From the NCBI GenBank assembly GCA_963663035.1, contig OY760074.1:3104001-3168000 (forward strand): DNA of 64,000 nucleotides, read 5' to 3'. Position numbers and translations under genes: made by a program. This DNA comes from Acidobacteriota bacterium. GTDB lineage: Bacteria > Acidobacteriota > UBA6911 > RPQK01 > JADFOI01. The notes beneath the pieces are model-generated. The model saw nothing but the letters and a program-made list of their open reading frames with translations. It had not been told where the DNA came from and did no database searches. Position 1 is the first letter of the stretch; every line of letters begins with the position of its first letter. Positions 20,701-28,578 of the stretch are shown one piece after another.

Positions 20701-22114
20701 CGGATGGATGGATGCCGATGGGTATCTGTACGTCACCGGACGAATCAAGGACGTCATTGTCACGGGGGCTGGCAAGAATGTCTACCCTGCTGACCTGGAA
20801 GCAATCTACCGAAGCCTTCCCACCGTCAAAGAGATTTGCGTTTTGGGGATCAAGAGTGGCCTCACAGAGGATATCCATGCCGTTGTGATTCCCGATGGAG
20901 GAGGGCAAGGCCAGCGCGAAGCGGCCGAGGTGAAGAAGGAGGTTCAACAGGAAATTCAGAAGATAGGAAAGGAGTTGCCGAGCTATCACCGACTCCAACA
21001 CATCCATGTGTGGCTTGAGCCCTTACCACGGAGCGAGTCAGGGAAGGTTTGCAGGGAGACAGTTCGGGGTAAACTCCTGGAGGATCTCCAGCATGAGCGC
21101 GATCGACCCAGCCAGGACTCTCCCCCAGAAGTGCACAAGGAAGAGGATCGAGAAGATGAGCTTTTGAGAGAACTCTCTCGGATCTCCGGTGTTCCAACTC
21201 TGGAAATCAAAGCGGATAGCCACCTTTATTCAGATCTGGGGCTAGATTCCTTGATGACAATCCAATTCCTTTTGTTTGTCGAACATCAGCTCGGAGTCAC
21301 CATCTCTGATCAAGCAGCGCCAGCCCTGGAGACTGTGGGGCAGCTTCTAGAGGAAATCCGCTCCCAGGTTTCGGTCAGGAAGCCGCGACATGGAAGCAAG
21401 CCGACAAAGCGGCCCAAGATTCGCTCGGCTCGGCCTTACACCAGGCGCTCGGCAGTTGATCGGAGATTGCTGAGTAGTTGCCAGTGGATTCTTAGAGTGC
21501 TTTACAAGACATATTTTCAATTGGAACTACACAACCAGAAAGACTTCCCCCAGGGTGGCCCTTTCATCATTGCAGCCAATCACGCTAGCCACCTGGATGC
21601 CGGAGCGATGATTTCAGCTGTCATCATTGCGGCAGGCGTCAAGGAGGCACGGAAATTACATGTCTTGGGGGCCAGGGATTATTTTTTCAACACCCCCTTC
21701 AAGAGTTGGCTCTTCAGCACTTTCCTAAATCTAGTGCCTGTTGAACGGGAAGAAACATCTCTGGCCGGTATACGGATGGTGAAATCCATTCTGTCTGCTG
21801 GTGAATCTGTGTTGATCTTCCCCGAGGGAACCCGCTCGCGGACGGGTCAGATCCAGGAATTTAAACCCGGCGTTGGTTTAATCGCACTGGAGTTGGGCGT
21901 GCCGGTTGTACCCGCCTATATCGGAGGGACCTATGAGGCGATGCCTACCGGAAAGGCTTTCCCCCAGCGCAGAAAAGTAAAGGTGTTCTTTGGCCCGACC
22001 ATCCGGGTGGAAGCCAATCTTTCAAAGGGCACACGAACAGTCGCCGATGAGCGCTATCGACAAATTGCCACAGAAGTCCGCACGGCCATCGTAGAGTTGG
22101 CAAATCTGTCATAA
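17768..22114 (+). CDS. Multidomain fatty acyl reductase / adenylation / acyl carrier / acyltransferase fusion (ElbD-like)
   Basis: FAR: ITGATGFLG, HVSTAYV, TYTYTK, IIRPSVIES, DLVPVDMVVN; adenylation: YEGYGLTET, WFHTGDLG, GKNVYP; ACP: DLGLDSL; PlsC-type acyltransferase: NHASHLD, FPEGTRS. Start taken as MNRITE. Confidence 0.9.
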   Translation: MNRITEALEQKVIFITGATGFLGQPLVEKILRVAPGVKRIYLLIRPKRQLAGQVMTAEERLAKELFQSNIFERLRYKYQDQLKGFLQEKLVAVSGDISEPGLGLDSALRSRLEEEVDIVINSAAAVSFDAPLDEALKANVLSAGRIATFTSSCKGAMLVHVSTAYVSGVAENFVPETIYHSASGAEAAQPHPPGKFSDVDQEIKYIHKMIEQVKLASHEPKLKKVLLKEPRKPRRGGKRVPRAEKWEILRKKWVQGRLTEEGMKWARHRGWNDTYTYTKAMGEQMVVKRRNGIPTVIIRPSVIESSFSEPTPGWLDGLRMADPLIVAIGKGRLRSLPLDADVILDLVPVDMVVNALLATIPPAIEGGGMKVYHVATGAKNPVTLGELHRLVYQYFQKNPLLDKRGNPIRIKPLKFPKQSAFRLQHKLKTMPLQTAELTLARLPSFNTTDKVKRKISTAKATYEKLYYYGEIYRPYLNLACSFEVQNTLQLFDALNEEEKELLNFNIERLNWRHYIQNVHIPGVKKHVLKLDDSPTPLDATTSSDALTINALVDNTTERFPNKTAIQMKRQGHWQRFTYKELQSISQEIGQAFLGMGLRKGDRVVLYSENKPEWGIAYLGATSVGLVVVPLDAQTWHKEVWAAARFTQARALLASEDCLERLAPEGLEENERQDSPVQLLNLDNRCTPFKAKEFPRSTRLSSQKREVTEKIEVKPGDPASIIFTNSTAVDPKGVAHSHRNFINNFLGVNHHLPIEPSDQLLSVLPLSHALEFTCGFLMAIYGGATVTYVDSLKPKVILESMQKTGTTCMLGVPTLYALIRDDIERRILRTPKSAFKSNLLATSKQVSLSVERKFGKNIGRQLFGRVHQEFGGQIRLFVSGGSALGEKLYQDFKVLGMPIYEGYGLTETAPVLTVNPLGHSRKGSAGKPLPGVELRVFRPDKEGIGEIVARSPSLMEGYYNNPAATEFVMREGWFHTGDLGWMDADGYLYVTGRIKDVIVTGAGKNVYPADLEAIYRSLPTVKEICVLGIKSGLTEDIHAVVIPDGGGQGQREAAEVKKEVQQEIQKIGKELPSYHRLQHIHVWLEPLPRSESGKVCRETVRGKLLEDLQHERDRPSQDSPPEVHKEEDREDELLRELSRISGVPTLEIKADSHLYSDLGLDSLMTIQFLLFVEHQLGVTISDQAAPALETVGQLLEEIRSQVSVRKPRHGSKPTKRPKIRSARPYTRRSAVDRRLLSSCQWILRVLYKTYFQLELHNQKDFPQGGPFIIAANHASHLDAGAMISAVIIAAGVKEARKLHVLGARDYFFNTPFKSWLFSTFLNLVPVEREETSLAGIRMVKSILSAGESVLIFPEGTRSRTGQIQEFKPGVGLIALELGVPVVPAYIGGTYEAMPTGKAFPQRRKVKVFFGPTIRVEANLSKGTRTVADERYRQIATEVRTAIVELANLS

Positions 22115-22191
22115 TTAAGGTGGTAGTTTGTTTGAGGCTTGTCTCAGCACAGAACATCTCTGCCCTGTGAATAGAAAAGAGGAGAATGCTA

Positions 22192-22920
22192 ATGCCCAAA
22201 AGCTTGTTTATCCTTTCAACCATTCTGTTGAGCGGTCTCTTTGCCTGCGGCGTGCAGGAAACCCAAGAGGGGGCCCAGCAACAGGCAGGAAGCCCGCCTG
22301 CAGATCAACTCGAAAGTGAAGCAACAACTCCCTCGATAGTTCCAGAGACCCAACTTGAAGCCGGCGCCGACCCAGCGGTTGCTCCTGCTGCCCCTCCCCA
22401 GCCCGCAACTGCCATTGTCCCGGAGGGAACGGTTCTGGAAGTCCGCCTGCCAGAGCCGCTGAGCACCAAAACCAATCAGAATGGCGACGCAGTAGTTGCT
22501 TTGCTGGACGAGGATTTGGTAGTGGATGGAAAGATCGTCTTTCCGGAAGGAAGTAAAATCTATGGCACGCTCTTGGCCGTAAAAGGCTCTGGGCGGGTTG
22601 AGGGCCTTGCGGAGATGACCCTCACCCTGACGGAAATACACCTGGGTCAAGATATCTATCCAGTTGGCACCAGCGCCATTACAATTCAAGCCGAAGGCAC
22701 CAAGGGGCGCGACGCCACAGTGATTGGAGGTGCTGCCGGTGTGGGGGCGTTAGTTGGTGGAATTATCGGCGGTAAAAAAGGGGCCGCTGTTGGGGCCGCT
22801 GTTGGGGGTGGGGCTGGAACAGCACAAGTGCTCACGAGCACGGGTGAGGAAGTTGAGCTTGAACCAGAGCACAAGCTCAGCTTTAACTTGAGCAGGGAGC
22901 TTGAAGTGAAGCTTCCCTAG
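22192..22920 (+). CDS. Lipoprotein with beta-rich domain and glycine-zipper C-terminus
   Basis: Lipobox GLFAC after a hydrophobic leader; VPEGTVLEVRL; GAAGVGALVGGIIGGKKGAAVGAAVGGGAG. Confidence 0.75.
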   Translation: MPKSLFILSTILLSGLFACGVQETQEGAQQQAGSPPADQLESEATTPSIVPETQLEAGADPAVAPAAPPQPATAIVPEGTVLEVRLPEPLSTKTNQNGDAVVALLDEDLVVDGKIVFPEGSKIYGTLLAVKGSGRVEGLAEMTLTLTEIHLGQDIYPVGTSAITIQAEGTKGRDATVIGGAAGVGALVGGIIGGKKGAAVGAAVGGGAGTAQVLTSTGEEVELEPEHKLSFNLSRELEVKLP

Positions 22921-22929
22921 TTCCTTGGT

Positions 22930-22958
22930 TTGACCAGGGACCCCGCATTTTCTACAAT
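22930..22958 (+). promoter_or_regulatory. Sigma70 promoter of tRNA-Ser
   Basis: TTGACC-17 nt-TACAAT, 40 nt upstream of the tRNA. Confidence 0.7.
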
Positions 22959-22998
22959 ACAGGCGCCATTCGGATCACTTTCTGATCCGTTGCCGGCC

Positions 22999-23090
<92 letters not shown>

Positions 23091-23197
23091 GAGCTATTAG
23101 CCTTTTAGACTCAAGAACTTGAGGGCTTTCCATCAGCGTTTCCAGTCAGCTTCAAACAGGCGCTCCCACTTTCTGTACTACTGAAGGACAATGAGCC

Positions 23198-24958
23198 GTG
23201 GATGAGGATCGCCAAAACACCCAGACGATGGACGAGCAGCCCTGGGGACATCGCTGGGGCTTTGCTGACACGCGCTTTATTCTCAATGACGATGGATCTG
23301 TCACCTTAACCGGCGCCCGCTACGATCTATGCGGTTATCGGATGTACGACTTTCTGCCCTATGTAGAGGGCGTTCTCGGGGTCCGGCTGGATCTGACCGA
23401 CCGCAAAGAAGAAGTTCGAGACAAGCCCGTTCAGGCCCCCAGCCGAAATGAAGCTTTCTGCCAGTCAGTGGAACAGGCGTTCCCATCCAGCCAGTACACT
23501 ACGGATGATCGGGAGCGCCTGATCCACAGCCACGGGCAGAGCTCCGCCGATGAAGTGTTTCCGGTTGTCTATACCCGGATCCAGCGAGTGGCGGACATGG
23601 TTTTCCACTGCGAGTCCCAAGAGGATGCACACAAGATCATCCAGCTGGCGAAAGAACACGATGTCTGCCTGGTTCCCTTCGGGGGAGGCACTAGTGTCAG
23701 CTGTGCGCTCAAGCTCCCCGAAAGCGAAAAGCGGATGATTGTCTGCGTGGATATGAAGCGGATGAACAAGATCGAGTGGATCGACAAGGATAATCTGCGG
23801 GCTGGCGTCCAGGCGGGCATCACTGGCCTCCAGCTTGAACGGGAACTGGAAAAAGCCGGCTTCACGTCAGGCCATGAGCCTGACAGTCTCGAGCTTTCGA
23901 CCGTGGGAGGGTGGATTGCCACCAATGCCAGCGGAATGAAGAAGAATCGATACGGAAATATTGAGGGCTTGGTGGAAGAGATCACCATGATTACCCCGGA
24001 AGGCATACTGGAGCAGGCCGAGGCGCTGCCGCGGACTTCTATGGGGATCCAGCCCCAGAACCTCTTCTTCGGCAGCGAAGGGAATCTGGGAATTATTACC
24101 AAGGCAGCACTCAAGATCCATCCGACTCCGGAGGTCAAGAAATACGGCTCCCTGATTTTCCCCAATTTCGATCTCGGCACTCAATTCCTTTATCGACTGT
24201 CCCATAGTGGCTTTGTTCCCGCCAGTATTCGTCTGGTAGACAACACCCAACTTCGTTTCGGGCAGGCCCTCAAACCGAGGCCGGCCGGCTTCAAGGCATT
24301 CCTGGAGCGACTCAAGAAGTTTTATGTACTGAGAGTTCGGGGATTTGAGCCGGATGAGATGGTCGCCGCGACCATAGTGATGGAAGGCTCTCGAGTGGAA
24401 GTCGAGTTCCAGGAGCGCAATACTTACGCTCTAGCGAAGGAGTTCCAGGGATTGCCTACCGGCTCTGAAAATGGGCGAAGAGGCTATCTGCTTACCTTCG
24501 CCATCGCCTACATCCGAGATTTTCTGGCCGACTTTCACGTGATGGGGGAGACTTTCGAGACCTCCGTCCCCTGGAGCAAGATTTCTGAGGTCTGCCAAGC
24601 GGTGAGAGCTAAAGCAGTCGCCCAGCACCAGGCCTTCAGTTTGCCCGGGAAGCCTTATCTTTCCTACCGGATCACCCAGGTTTACCACACAGGCGTTTGC
24701 ATTTACTTCATGTATGGAATTTACACCAGGGGAGTCGACCTTCCGGAAAAGATTTTCAGTACCATCGAGCACTCTCTGCGGGAAAGCATCATTGAGAACG
24801 GCGGGTCGATCTCTCATCACCATGGCGTGGGAAAACTCCGCAAGGATTTCATGAAGCAGGCGCTGTCCCTTTCGAGCATTGATTTGCTCAAGAAGATCAA
24901 GAACTGCGCCGATCCACAGAATATTTTTGGTATCCGCAACAACGTTTTCGCAGAATGA
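23198..24958 (+). CDS. Alkyl-dihydroxyacetonephosphate synthase (AGPS/ADAPS)-like FAD enzyme
   Basis: PFGGGTSV, GHEPDSLELSTVGGWIATNASGMKKNRYGNIE, PASIRLVDN, GYLLTFAIAYIRD, GETFETSVPW, RITQVYHTGVCIYF, GGSISHHHGVGKLRK, all matching recalled animal AGPS motifs. Confidence 0.88.
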   Translation: MDEDRQNTQTMDEQPWGHRWGFADTRFILNDDGSVTLTGARYDLCGYRMYDFLPYVEGVLGVRLDLTDRKEEVRDKPVQAPSRNEAFCQSVEQAFPSSQYTTDDRERLIHSHGQSSADEVFPVVYTRIQRVADMVFHCESQEDAHKIIQLAKEHDVCLVPFGGGTSVSCALKLPESEKRMIVCVDMKRMNKIEWIDKDNLRAGVQAGITGLQLERELEKAGFTSGHEPDSLELSTVGGWIATNASGMKKNRYGNIEGLVEEITMITPEGILEQAEALPRTSMGIQPQNLFFGSEGNLGIITKAALKIHPTPEVKKYGSLIFPNFDLGTQFLYRLSHSGFVPASIRLVDNTQLRFGQALKPRPAGFKAFLERLKKFYVLRVRGFEPDEMVAATIVMEGSRVEVEFQERNTYALAKEFQGLPTGSENGRRGYLLTFAIAYIRDFLADFHVMGETFETSVPWSKISEVCQAVRAKAVAQHQAFSLPGKPYLSYRITQVYHTGVCIYFMYGIYTRGVDLPEKIFSTIEHSLRESIIENGGSISHHHGVGKLRKDFMKQALSLSSIDLLKKIKNCADPQNIFGIRNNVFAE

Positions 24959-25013
24959 GTGGAGAGTTGGTAGGATTGCGGGTTACACAACCCATTCGCC
25001 GGAGTGTTCCAAA

Positions 25014-25820
25014 ATCGTTCTGAAGGACAAAACAGCCATTATTACGGGAGCCTCTTCTGGTCTGGGAAGGCAGATGGCGCTGGATCTGGCCCGACAGGAG
25101 ATGAATCTTGTTTTGGCGGCCCGGGACGGGAACGCCTTGGAAGAGCTGGCTCGCCAAATCGGAGACCGGGGAGCATCCGTTCTGGTGCATCCGACCGACG
25201 TGACAGATGAGTCACAATGCCGCACGTTGATTACCAGGACAATAGAACGTTTCAAGAGGCTGGACTATTTAGTTTTGAATGCCGGGCTGGGCATGTGGGT
25301 CCGCTTCGATCAGGTCACTGATCTAAGCATCTTCAGACGGCTCATGGATGTGAACTATATGGGGGTGGTGCACTGTATCCATCCCGCTCTTCCCTACCTC
25401 AAAGAGGTTTGCGGAACCGTTGTCACCATCTCCTCCGCCCAGGCCTTGATCGGCATCTCCAAGCACACGGGCTACTCGGCCACAAAACACGCCCTGAGAG
25501 GATTTCTGGAGGCTTTGGAATTCGAGATGGGAGGCCAGATCCGGTTCCTGACGGTAATGCCCGGCTGGGTCAGCGGAACCAAGCTGAGGACTAATGCCCT
25601 GGGAGCGGCTGGAGCTCCACTAGGCGCCTCCAGGCTTCGCCACACCGATGAAGCAGTCAGTCTGGAAGAATGCAGCACAAGAATTGTTCGAGCAATGCAG
25701 GAGGGTTCCAGTGCTGTTTACATCCCCTGGAAGATCCGTGCCATCCCCTGGCTCAAGCTGTTGGTTCCGGGGTGGCTTAGGGCCAGGATCAAGAGATCAA
25801 TGGCTCAGCAGGAGAAGTGA
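25014..25820 (+). CDS. Classical short-chain dehydrogenase/reductase (possibly DHRS7/7B-like); start uncertain
   Basis: TGASSGLG, LAAR, NAG, YSATK; no in-frame ATG/GTG, so the start is ATC 25014 or CTG 25020 after GGAG, or TTG 24879 overlapping AGPS. Confidence 0.8.
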   Translation: MVLKDKTAIITGASSGLGRQMALDLARQEMNLVLAARDGNALEELARQIGDRGASVLVHPTDVTDESQCRTLITRTIERFKRLDYLVLNAGLGMWVRFDQVTDLSIFRRLMDVNYMGVVHCIHPALPYLKEVCGTVVTISSAQALIGISKHTGYSATKHALRGFLEALEFEMGGQIRFLTVMPGWVSGTKLRTNALGAAGAPLGASRLRHTDEAVSLEECSTRIVRAMQEGSSAVYIPWKIRAIPWLKLLVPGWLRARIKRSMAQQEK

Positions 25821-25840
25821 AGCGTCGCTTTCGACGCTTC
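25819..25840. terminator. Hairpin at the end of the AGPS-SDR unit
   Basis: GAAGCGTCG-CTTT-CGACGCTTC 9-bp stem; no clear U-tract. Confidence 0.4.
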
Positions 25841-25855
25841 AAACTTCAAGAAGAG

Positions 25856-25878
25856 AACCTATGCATAATCCCGGCTAG
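25856..25878 (-). repeat. Solo terminal fragment of repeat family A
   Basis: Reverse complement CTAGCCGGGATTATGCATAGGTT closely matches the left end of the 4831 element (TAAGCCCGGATTATGCATAGGTT). Confidence 0.6.
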
Positions 25879-26004
25879 AGCATCTTGCGATCCATGGCTT
25901 CAGCCGCTGGATGAGTCCTTCATTCGAGCGGATCTCTTCTACCATTACAGGGTAATCCATGACTTACGCTTGCACATGTGCCCCACATGTTCCATGCTAG
26001 GTGC

Positions 26005-26244
26005 ATGGCCAAGATGCTACAAGTTCGAAACATACCCGACCGGCTCCACAGGGAACTGAGGAGACGAGCGAAACAGCGGGGTCAAGCGCTGACGGACTAC
26101 GTTCAACAGATACTCGAGCGTGAAGTCACTCGCCCACCAGCCTCGGAAGTGTTTGACCGAATCAGCCGACGCCCTAGAGTGAAATTGGACGTCAGCGCCT
26201 CCACCTTGATTCGGGAAGAACGAAGAAAGCGAGTTGCATCCTGA
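26005..26244 (+). CDS. FitA/VapB-like ribbon-helix-helix antitoxin
   Basis: MLQVRNIPDRLHRELRRRAKQRGQALTDYV; promoter TTGCAC-17-CATGCT overlapping CACATG repeats (likely operator). Confidence 0.85.
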   Translation: MAKMLQVRNIPDRLHRELRRRAKQRGQALTDYVQQILEREVTRPPASEVFDRISRRPRVKLDVSASTLIREERRKRVAS

Positions 26245-26252
26245 GGCTTGTC

Positions 26253-26645
26253 GTGCTGGATGCCTCGGCATTAGTGGAATACCTCTTACAGACACCCAGA
26301 TCCACTTCAATTGAGGGTCTTGTCACAGCATCCGATTGTGATTTACACGGTCCCACCCTATGTGATGTCGAAGTTTGCTCGGCACTGCGTAGAGCTTTGC
26401 TCGCCAAACGTCTCTCCGAGAAGCGTGCCACTGAGGCGTTGGAAGACTACCTTGACTTGCCCTTGATTCGTCACGGACACCTCAACTTGCTAGAGAGAGT
26501 GCTCCAATTACGAGACAATTTCTCAGCCTACGACGCCACGTACTTGTCTTTGGCCGAGTCATTCGGAGCTATTTTCGTTACTGCGGACGACTCCCTAGCG
26601 CGAGCAGTCCGAAGACACCTCCCTGACTTGCAATTGAGAAAGTAG
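26253..26645 (+). CDS. vapC: VapC-family PIN-domain toxin
   Basis: LDASALVE, DVEV, NFSAYDATYLSLAE, VTADDSL. Confidence 0.9.
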   Translation: MLDASALVEYLLQTPRSTSIEGLVTASDCDLHGPTLCDVEVCSALRRALLAKRLSEKRATEALEDYLDLPLIRHGHLNLLERVLQLRDNFSAYDATYLSLAESFGAIFVTADDSLARAVRRHLPDLQLRK

Positions 26646-26660
26646 GTGCTATTTGCAGCA

Positions 26661-26747
26661 GACATTGCAAGCATTGTGATCTACCCAGACTTGCTGGAGC
26701 AGAATCGATTGCTGCTGCTCAGCGAGCCCTTTTTGTGGGCTGAAGGG
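26661..26747 (+). pseudogene. Remnant of the error-prone DNA polymerase DnaE2 OB-fold region (left fragment)
   Basis: DIASIVIYPDLLEQNRLLLLSEPFLWAEG resembles the recalled DnaE2 segment IANxIxxPDLFExNRL...FLLVEG. Confidence 0.55.
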
Positions 26748-26763
26748 GGCAGACCATTGCGGC

Positions 26764-27636
26764 CTAGTCAAAAGAGATCAGTGTACGGATCCTGTCCGCC
26801 GCTTCTTCTCCAACGGCAGCCGCAACCTCACTCAGGTCGTCAATTCTCGCTCGCTGTCTCAAGTCAAGAAGTCTGTCGGCGCCCTCCTCTGAAATTCCTG
26901 GGAGCATCAGCAATTCCTCCCTGGCAGCCGAGTTGACCTTCAGAGGAATCTCGACTGTGGGGACATCCGGGCCGAAGTGTTCGGCGAGGTAGCGAGCGAT
27001 GATCGGAACCTCCTCTTCCGTGATATACGCGATCTGGGCGTAGATCATCCTTTCGATTGTGGTCTCCCAACCCGCCTGATCTGCGCGGCGCTCACCCACG
27101 ATGTACTTCAGATTGTGGCAGCTCATGCAGGCGACACTTGTGACCTCGCGCCCCTCTCCCTCCGGCAGCAGCGCCACCCAATCGATGCCCTGAGGACGCG
27201 CGTCGTTCCCTGCTCCGGCCGCAGACTTATTCGTCCCGGCCGCGGCTTTATCGCCTGGTGGATGAGCAGGATCGACCAACGTGAGGACATCCCCTGTCTT
27301 GATGAAGACGGTTCTGCCGTCCGGGTCGGCGTAGTGAATCTCAGTAGCGTCATCTATTGTTTGGATTGGATACTCAAAACGCTCCGAGAACTGCGCTCTC
27401 ATATCGGCGGTAATCCTGTAGCCGGCAGCCGCAAAGGCTTCTCCAAACTCATTGCGCGCCCCGCCGCCGGCTGCGCTGACGTGGCACGTATCGCAGCTGT
27501 TTCTGAACTGGGGAGAACTCAAGGGATCGGCGGCGAAACGAGCCAGATATTCCGGTGTGGCCGCAGCGGGTACGATGGTAAACACCATGACGATAAGGCA
27601 GGCTGCAAGTGCCAGCGCGCCGCACAGAATCTTCAT
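26764..27636 (-). CDS. Exported diheme cytochrome c fused to a helix-hairpin-helix (ComEA/PsbU-like) domain
   Basis: Signal peptide; CDTCH and CMSCH; C-terminal LKVNSAAREELLMLPGISEEGADRLL. Confidence 0.8.
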   Translation of the reverse strand: MKILCGALALAACLIVMVFTIVPAAATPEYLARFAADPLSSPQFRNSCDTCHVSAAGGGARNEFGEAFAAAGYRITADMRAQFSERFEYPIQTIDDATEIHYADPDGRTVFIKTGDVLTLVDPAHPPGDKAAAGTNKSAAGAGNDARPQGIDWVALLPEGEGREVTSVACMSCHNLKYIVGERRADQAGWETTIERMIYAQIAYITEEEVPIIARYLAEHFGPDVPTVEIPLKVNSAAREELLMLPGISEEGADRLLDLRQRARIDDLSEVAAAVGEEAADRIRTLISFD

Positions 27637-27818
27637 TGGGTCCTCCTTGCCTCTATGGGACTAGAAGCCATCCGAATCCGTATGGGATGAGGATTCAAAG
27701 GGGTCATCATGTAGGGGTCGACACCTCGATAATGGTGTAGATTCAAGCACTGTTGAGTGCGACAAGTCAAGGAACTCATTGACAGCCTGCGGCGGGAGGA
27801 GCTAGCCCAACAGCCGCT

Positions 27819-28201
27819 ATGACCACCAAACTGCTGGACGGCCCGCTAAAGATGGTTCAAGCTCAGTTACATTTTCTTCCTGATCGTGCTGGCCTTCCCC
27901 CTCTTCTTAGCCAACGTCGGACCGAGGAAGAAGCCGCAGGAAATGCCACCGCGGGGAAGGAGGTTTTCGCAAACTACTGCCAGACCTGCCATGATCCCGA
28001 GTCAGAGGAAACCATTGTAGGACCAGGTTTGAAGGGCCTGTTCGAGAGCCCCCCCATACCCTGGCGGACGGCACCGAGCACGAGGAGCACAGGGTGGAAC
28101 TGATCCGCGATCAGATCATCAACGGCAGCAGCATGATGGCCCCCGTCACTCTCTCTTATGAAGAGCTTGAGAACCTGATCGCCTACCTCAAGACTCTCTG
28201 A
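27819..28201 (+). pseudogene. Frameshifted monoheme cytochrome c
   Basis: GNATAGKEVFANYCQTCH...VGPGLKGLF; after a shift at the C7 run (28049-28055) continues HTLADG...IINGSSMM...LENLIAYLKTL*; signal peptide WFKLSYIFFLIVLAFPLFLA lies in another frame. Confidence 0.75.
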
Positions 28202-28237
28202 TCGTCTCCAGATTCCAGGAAACCCGGCGACCCACGG

Positions 28238-28351
28238 TCATTTCCCTGCGAGCAAAGGTATCTCGGAGGGGTCCGGCGTCGGAGGGATGGACTGCAGGAA
28301 CTCGTAGATCATCTCGAGCTCCTCATCGCTCAGGACCTTCGGCGAGTAGCT
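28238..28351 (-). pseudogene. 3' remnant of a second cytochrome c gene
   Basis: SYSPKVLSDEELEMIYEFLQSIPPTPDPSEIPLLAGK* is a typical cytochrome c C-terminus; the heme-binding part is missing. Confidence 0.6.
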
Positions 28352-28490
28352 CCTGGTCGCAGCAACGGTTCCATCGCTTAAAGTCTCCTCATCTGATACA
28401 GGACGTTTATCGAGGAGTCACGTACGTCAATGGAGTGGCCGCCAACAAGGTGTCGGAGGAGAAAGCTGCCTGATGCTTTTTACACACCTC

Positions 28491-28519
28491 TTGACAGAAC
28501 CTCCCTTACATCTTATTCT
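28491..28519 (+). promoter_or_regulatory. Sigma70 promoter for the Tat flavoprotein
   Basis: TTGACA-17 nt-TATTCT. Confidence 0.7.
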
Positions 28520-28578
28520 CCCTTACATCTCCGTTCGCGACTTGCTGGCCATCGAGATCAACGACATGGAGGGCGACC

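Noticed and set aside
22186-22920. Lipoprotein as a component of the ether-lipid system
   Set aside because: It looks like a generic glycine-zipper lipoprotein; adjacency is the only link, so it is left out pending synteny data
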